Position numbers and translations under genes: made by a program. From Malacoraja senta (lineage: Eukaryota), in contig CM075994.1 in assembly GCA_038087875.1 (NCBI GenBank), positions 10,976,001 through 11,040,000 of the forward strand: a stretch of DNA of 64,000 bases. The letters are read 5' to 3'. The notes below the pieces were generated by a model, which worked only from the letters and a program-made list of their open reading frames with translations, was not told the DNA's origin and made no database searches. Shown here piece by piece: positions 62,165-64,000 of the stretch. Each line of letters starts with the position of its first letter. Position 1 is the first letter of the stretch.

Positions 62165-63470
62165 AATCGCTAAAGAGCTGAGAAGAGGAATCAGAGCTGC
62201 CAAGAAAAGGTACTCTGAGAAGTTGAGGTGCAAGTTCTCAGCCAGTGACTCTTCTTCAGTTTGGAAGGGCATGCAAGAAATCACCAGCTATAAGAGGAAA
62301 GCCCCCCGCTCTTTGGATAATTGTCAGCTGACCAACGACCTGAATGAGTTTTACTGCAGGTTTGAAAATTAGAAACGTAACCCTGGTACCACCTCCCCAA
62401 CAAACACAGCCAGATCCCAGTCTGCAAAGAATGGACCCTTCTACACCCACCTCACTCCAATCACTTCACACCCAATTACCCACTACCTCCTTGCTGAACA
62501 ACGTCACTTAATCAATAATTGAAATAGAGGAGGTGGAGAGGCTTTTCAGAAGACAGAAAAGCCGGAAATCTCACAGACATTTTTTACCAGTCCCTGCAAA
62601 CATGTACTGTCCCTGCCTGCTTCAAAGTCCCCACTATTGTCCCTGCACCCAAAAAGGCAAGGATTGCTTGTCTTAATGACTACAGGCCTGACGCACTGAC
62701 CTCTGTAGTCATGAAGACACTCGAAAGGCTTGTGCTGGCCAAGCTGAAAAATATCTCAATCCCCCTGCAGTTTGCATATTGGCCCAATAGATCTGTGGAT
62801 GACGCAGTCAATCTGGGCCTGCACTTCATCCTCCAGCACCTAGAACGCCAGGGGACCTATGCGAGGATTTAATTTGTTGATATTAACTCTGCATTGTGCC
62901 AGAGCTACTACGCTCCAAACTTTCCGAGTTGACTGTGCCTGAACCCCTCTGTCGGTGGATCACCAACTTCCTGACAGACAGGAAGCAGCATGTGAGGCTG
63001 GGAAAGCACATATCGGACCCGCAAACGCTCAGCATAGGAGCACCGCAAGGCTGCGTATTCTCCCCTCTCCTTTACTCTCTCTACACCAATGACTGCATCT
63101 CCACAGACACCTCTGTCAAGCTTATCAAGTTTGCGGACGACATATAACCCTGATTGGACTGATCCAGGATGGGGAGGAATCTGCCTACAGACAGGAAGTG
63201 TCATAACTGGCGTCCTAGTGCCGTAGCAACAACCTGGAGCTCAATGCTCTTAAGACAGTGGAATTGATTGTAGACTTTAGGAGAGCTCCCCCTCCCCTCG
63301 CCCCACTCCCCCTCAACAACACCACAGTCACATCTGTGGAGTCTTTTAAGTTCCTGGGAACCATCATTTCCAATGACCTTAAGTGGGGGGCTACCTTTGA
63401 CTCCACAGTCAAAAAGGCACAACAGAGGATGTTCTTCCTACGGCAGCTGAGGAAGCACAATCTGCCACAA
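62165..63470 (+). mobile_element. Rex1/Babar-like LINE RT fragment
   Basis: KELRRGIRAAKKRYSEKL, LNDYRP, GAPQGCVFSPLLYSLYTNDC, KFADD, ELIVDFR, KKAQQRMFFLRQL; multiple stops. Confidence 0.85.
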
Positions 63471-63502
63471 TGTGCCAGGCAGCATCTCTGGAGAACATGG
63501 AT

Positions 63503-64000
63503 AGTCATAGCGTGACACAGTGTGGAAACAGGCCATTTGGCCCAACTTGCCCACACCGGCTAACAATGTCCCAACTACACTAATTCCACTTGCCTGCGTT
63601 TGGTCCATATCCCTCCAAACCTGTCCTATCCGTGTACCTGCCTAACTGTTTCTTAAACCATGGGATAGTCCCAACCTCAACTACCTCCTCTGGCAGCTCG
63701 TTCCACACACCCACCACCCTTTGTGTGAAAAAGTTACCCTTCGGATTCCTATTACATCTCTTCCCCTTTACCTTTAACCTATGTTCTCTGGTCCTCGATT
63801 CCCCTACTCTGGGCAAAAGACTGCATCTACCCGAACTATTCCTCTTATGATTTTGTACACCTCTATAAGATTTCCCCTCATCCTCCTGCGCTCCATGGAA
63901 TAGAGTCCCAACTTACTCAAACTCTCCCTATAGCTCACACCCTCTAGTCCTGGCAACATCCTCATAAATCGTCTCTGTACTCCTTCCAGTTTGACATCTT
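63503..64000 (-). mobile_element. CR1 LINE 3' portion, running off the window end
   Basis: ORF 63580..63816 has ESRTREHRLKV, FFTQRVVGVWNELPEEVV. Confidence 0.88.

Noticed and set aside
62130..62180. 27-nt tandem duplication at the Rex/Babar 5' junction (similar case at about 19310-19350)
   Set aside because: A common small junction duplication of limited significance.

Overview
Vertebrate (not prokaryotic) genomic DNA, most likely from a cartilaginous fish such as a skate or ray; this is inferred from abundant HE1-like tRNA-derived SINEs with (CTAAA)n tails and CR1/HER1-like LINEs. Host genes: (1) the 3' part of an intact TRIM gene on + (96, 231, 23 and 119 nt exons plus a terminal PRY-SPRY exon, 26..12653; the RING/B-box exon lies upstream of the window); (2) a decaying cluster of GPR139/142-like class A GPCRs: a two-exon copy on - with one premature stop, an orphan frameshifted exon 1, and a heavily decayed exon 2 on +; (3) a possible CpG-island first exon near 61.8 kb. 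The rest is mostly transposable elements: two Tx1-clade LINEs each preceded by a GA-rich tract (one flanked by ~970-bp direct repeats and interrupted by an L1 with a fold-back junction), a self-priming Ty3/Gypsy chromovirus whose LTRs lack a shared TSD, two inverted copies of a ~1.04-kb non-autonomous DNA transposon with apparent 7-bp TSDs, Penelope remnants and short repeats with minimal hammerhead cores, Rex/Babar fragments, many CR1s and SINEs, and a 1329-bp locally templated insertion. Most six-frame ORFs are spurious or TE-derived. All alignments and identities were judged by eye.
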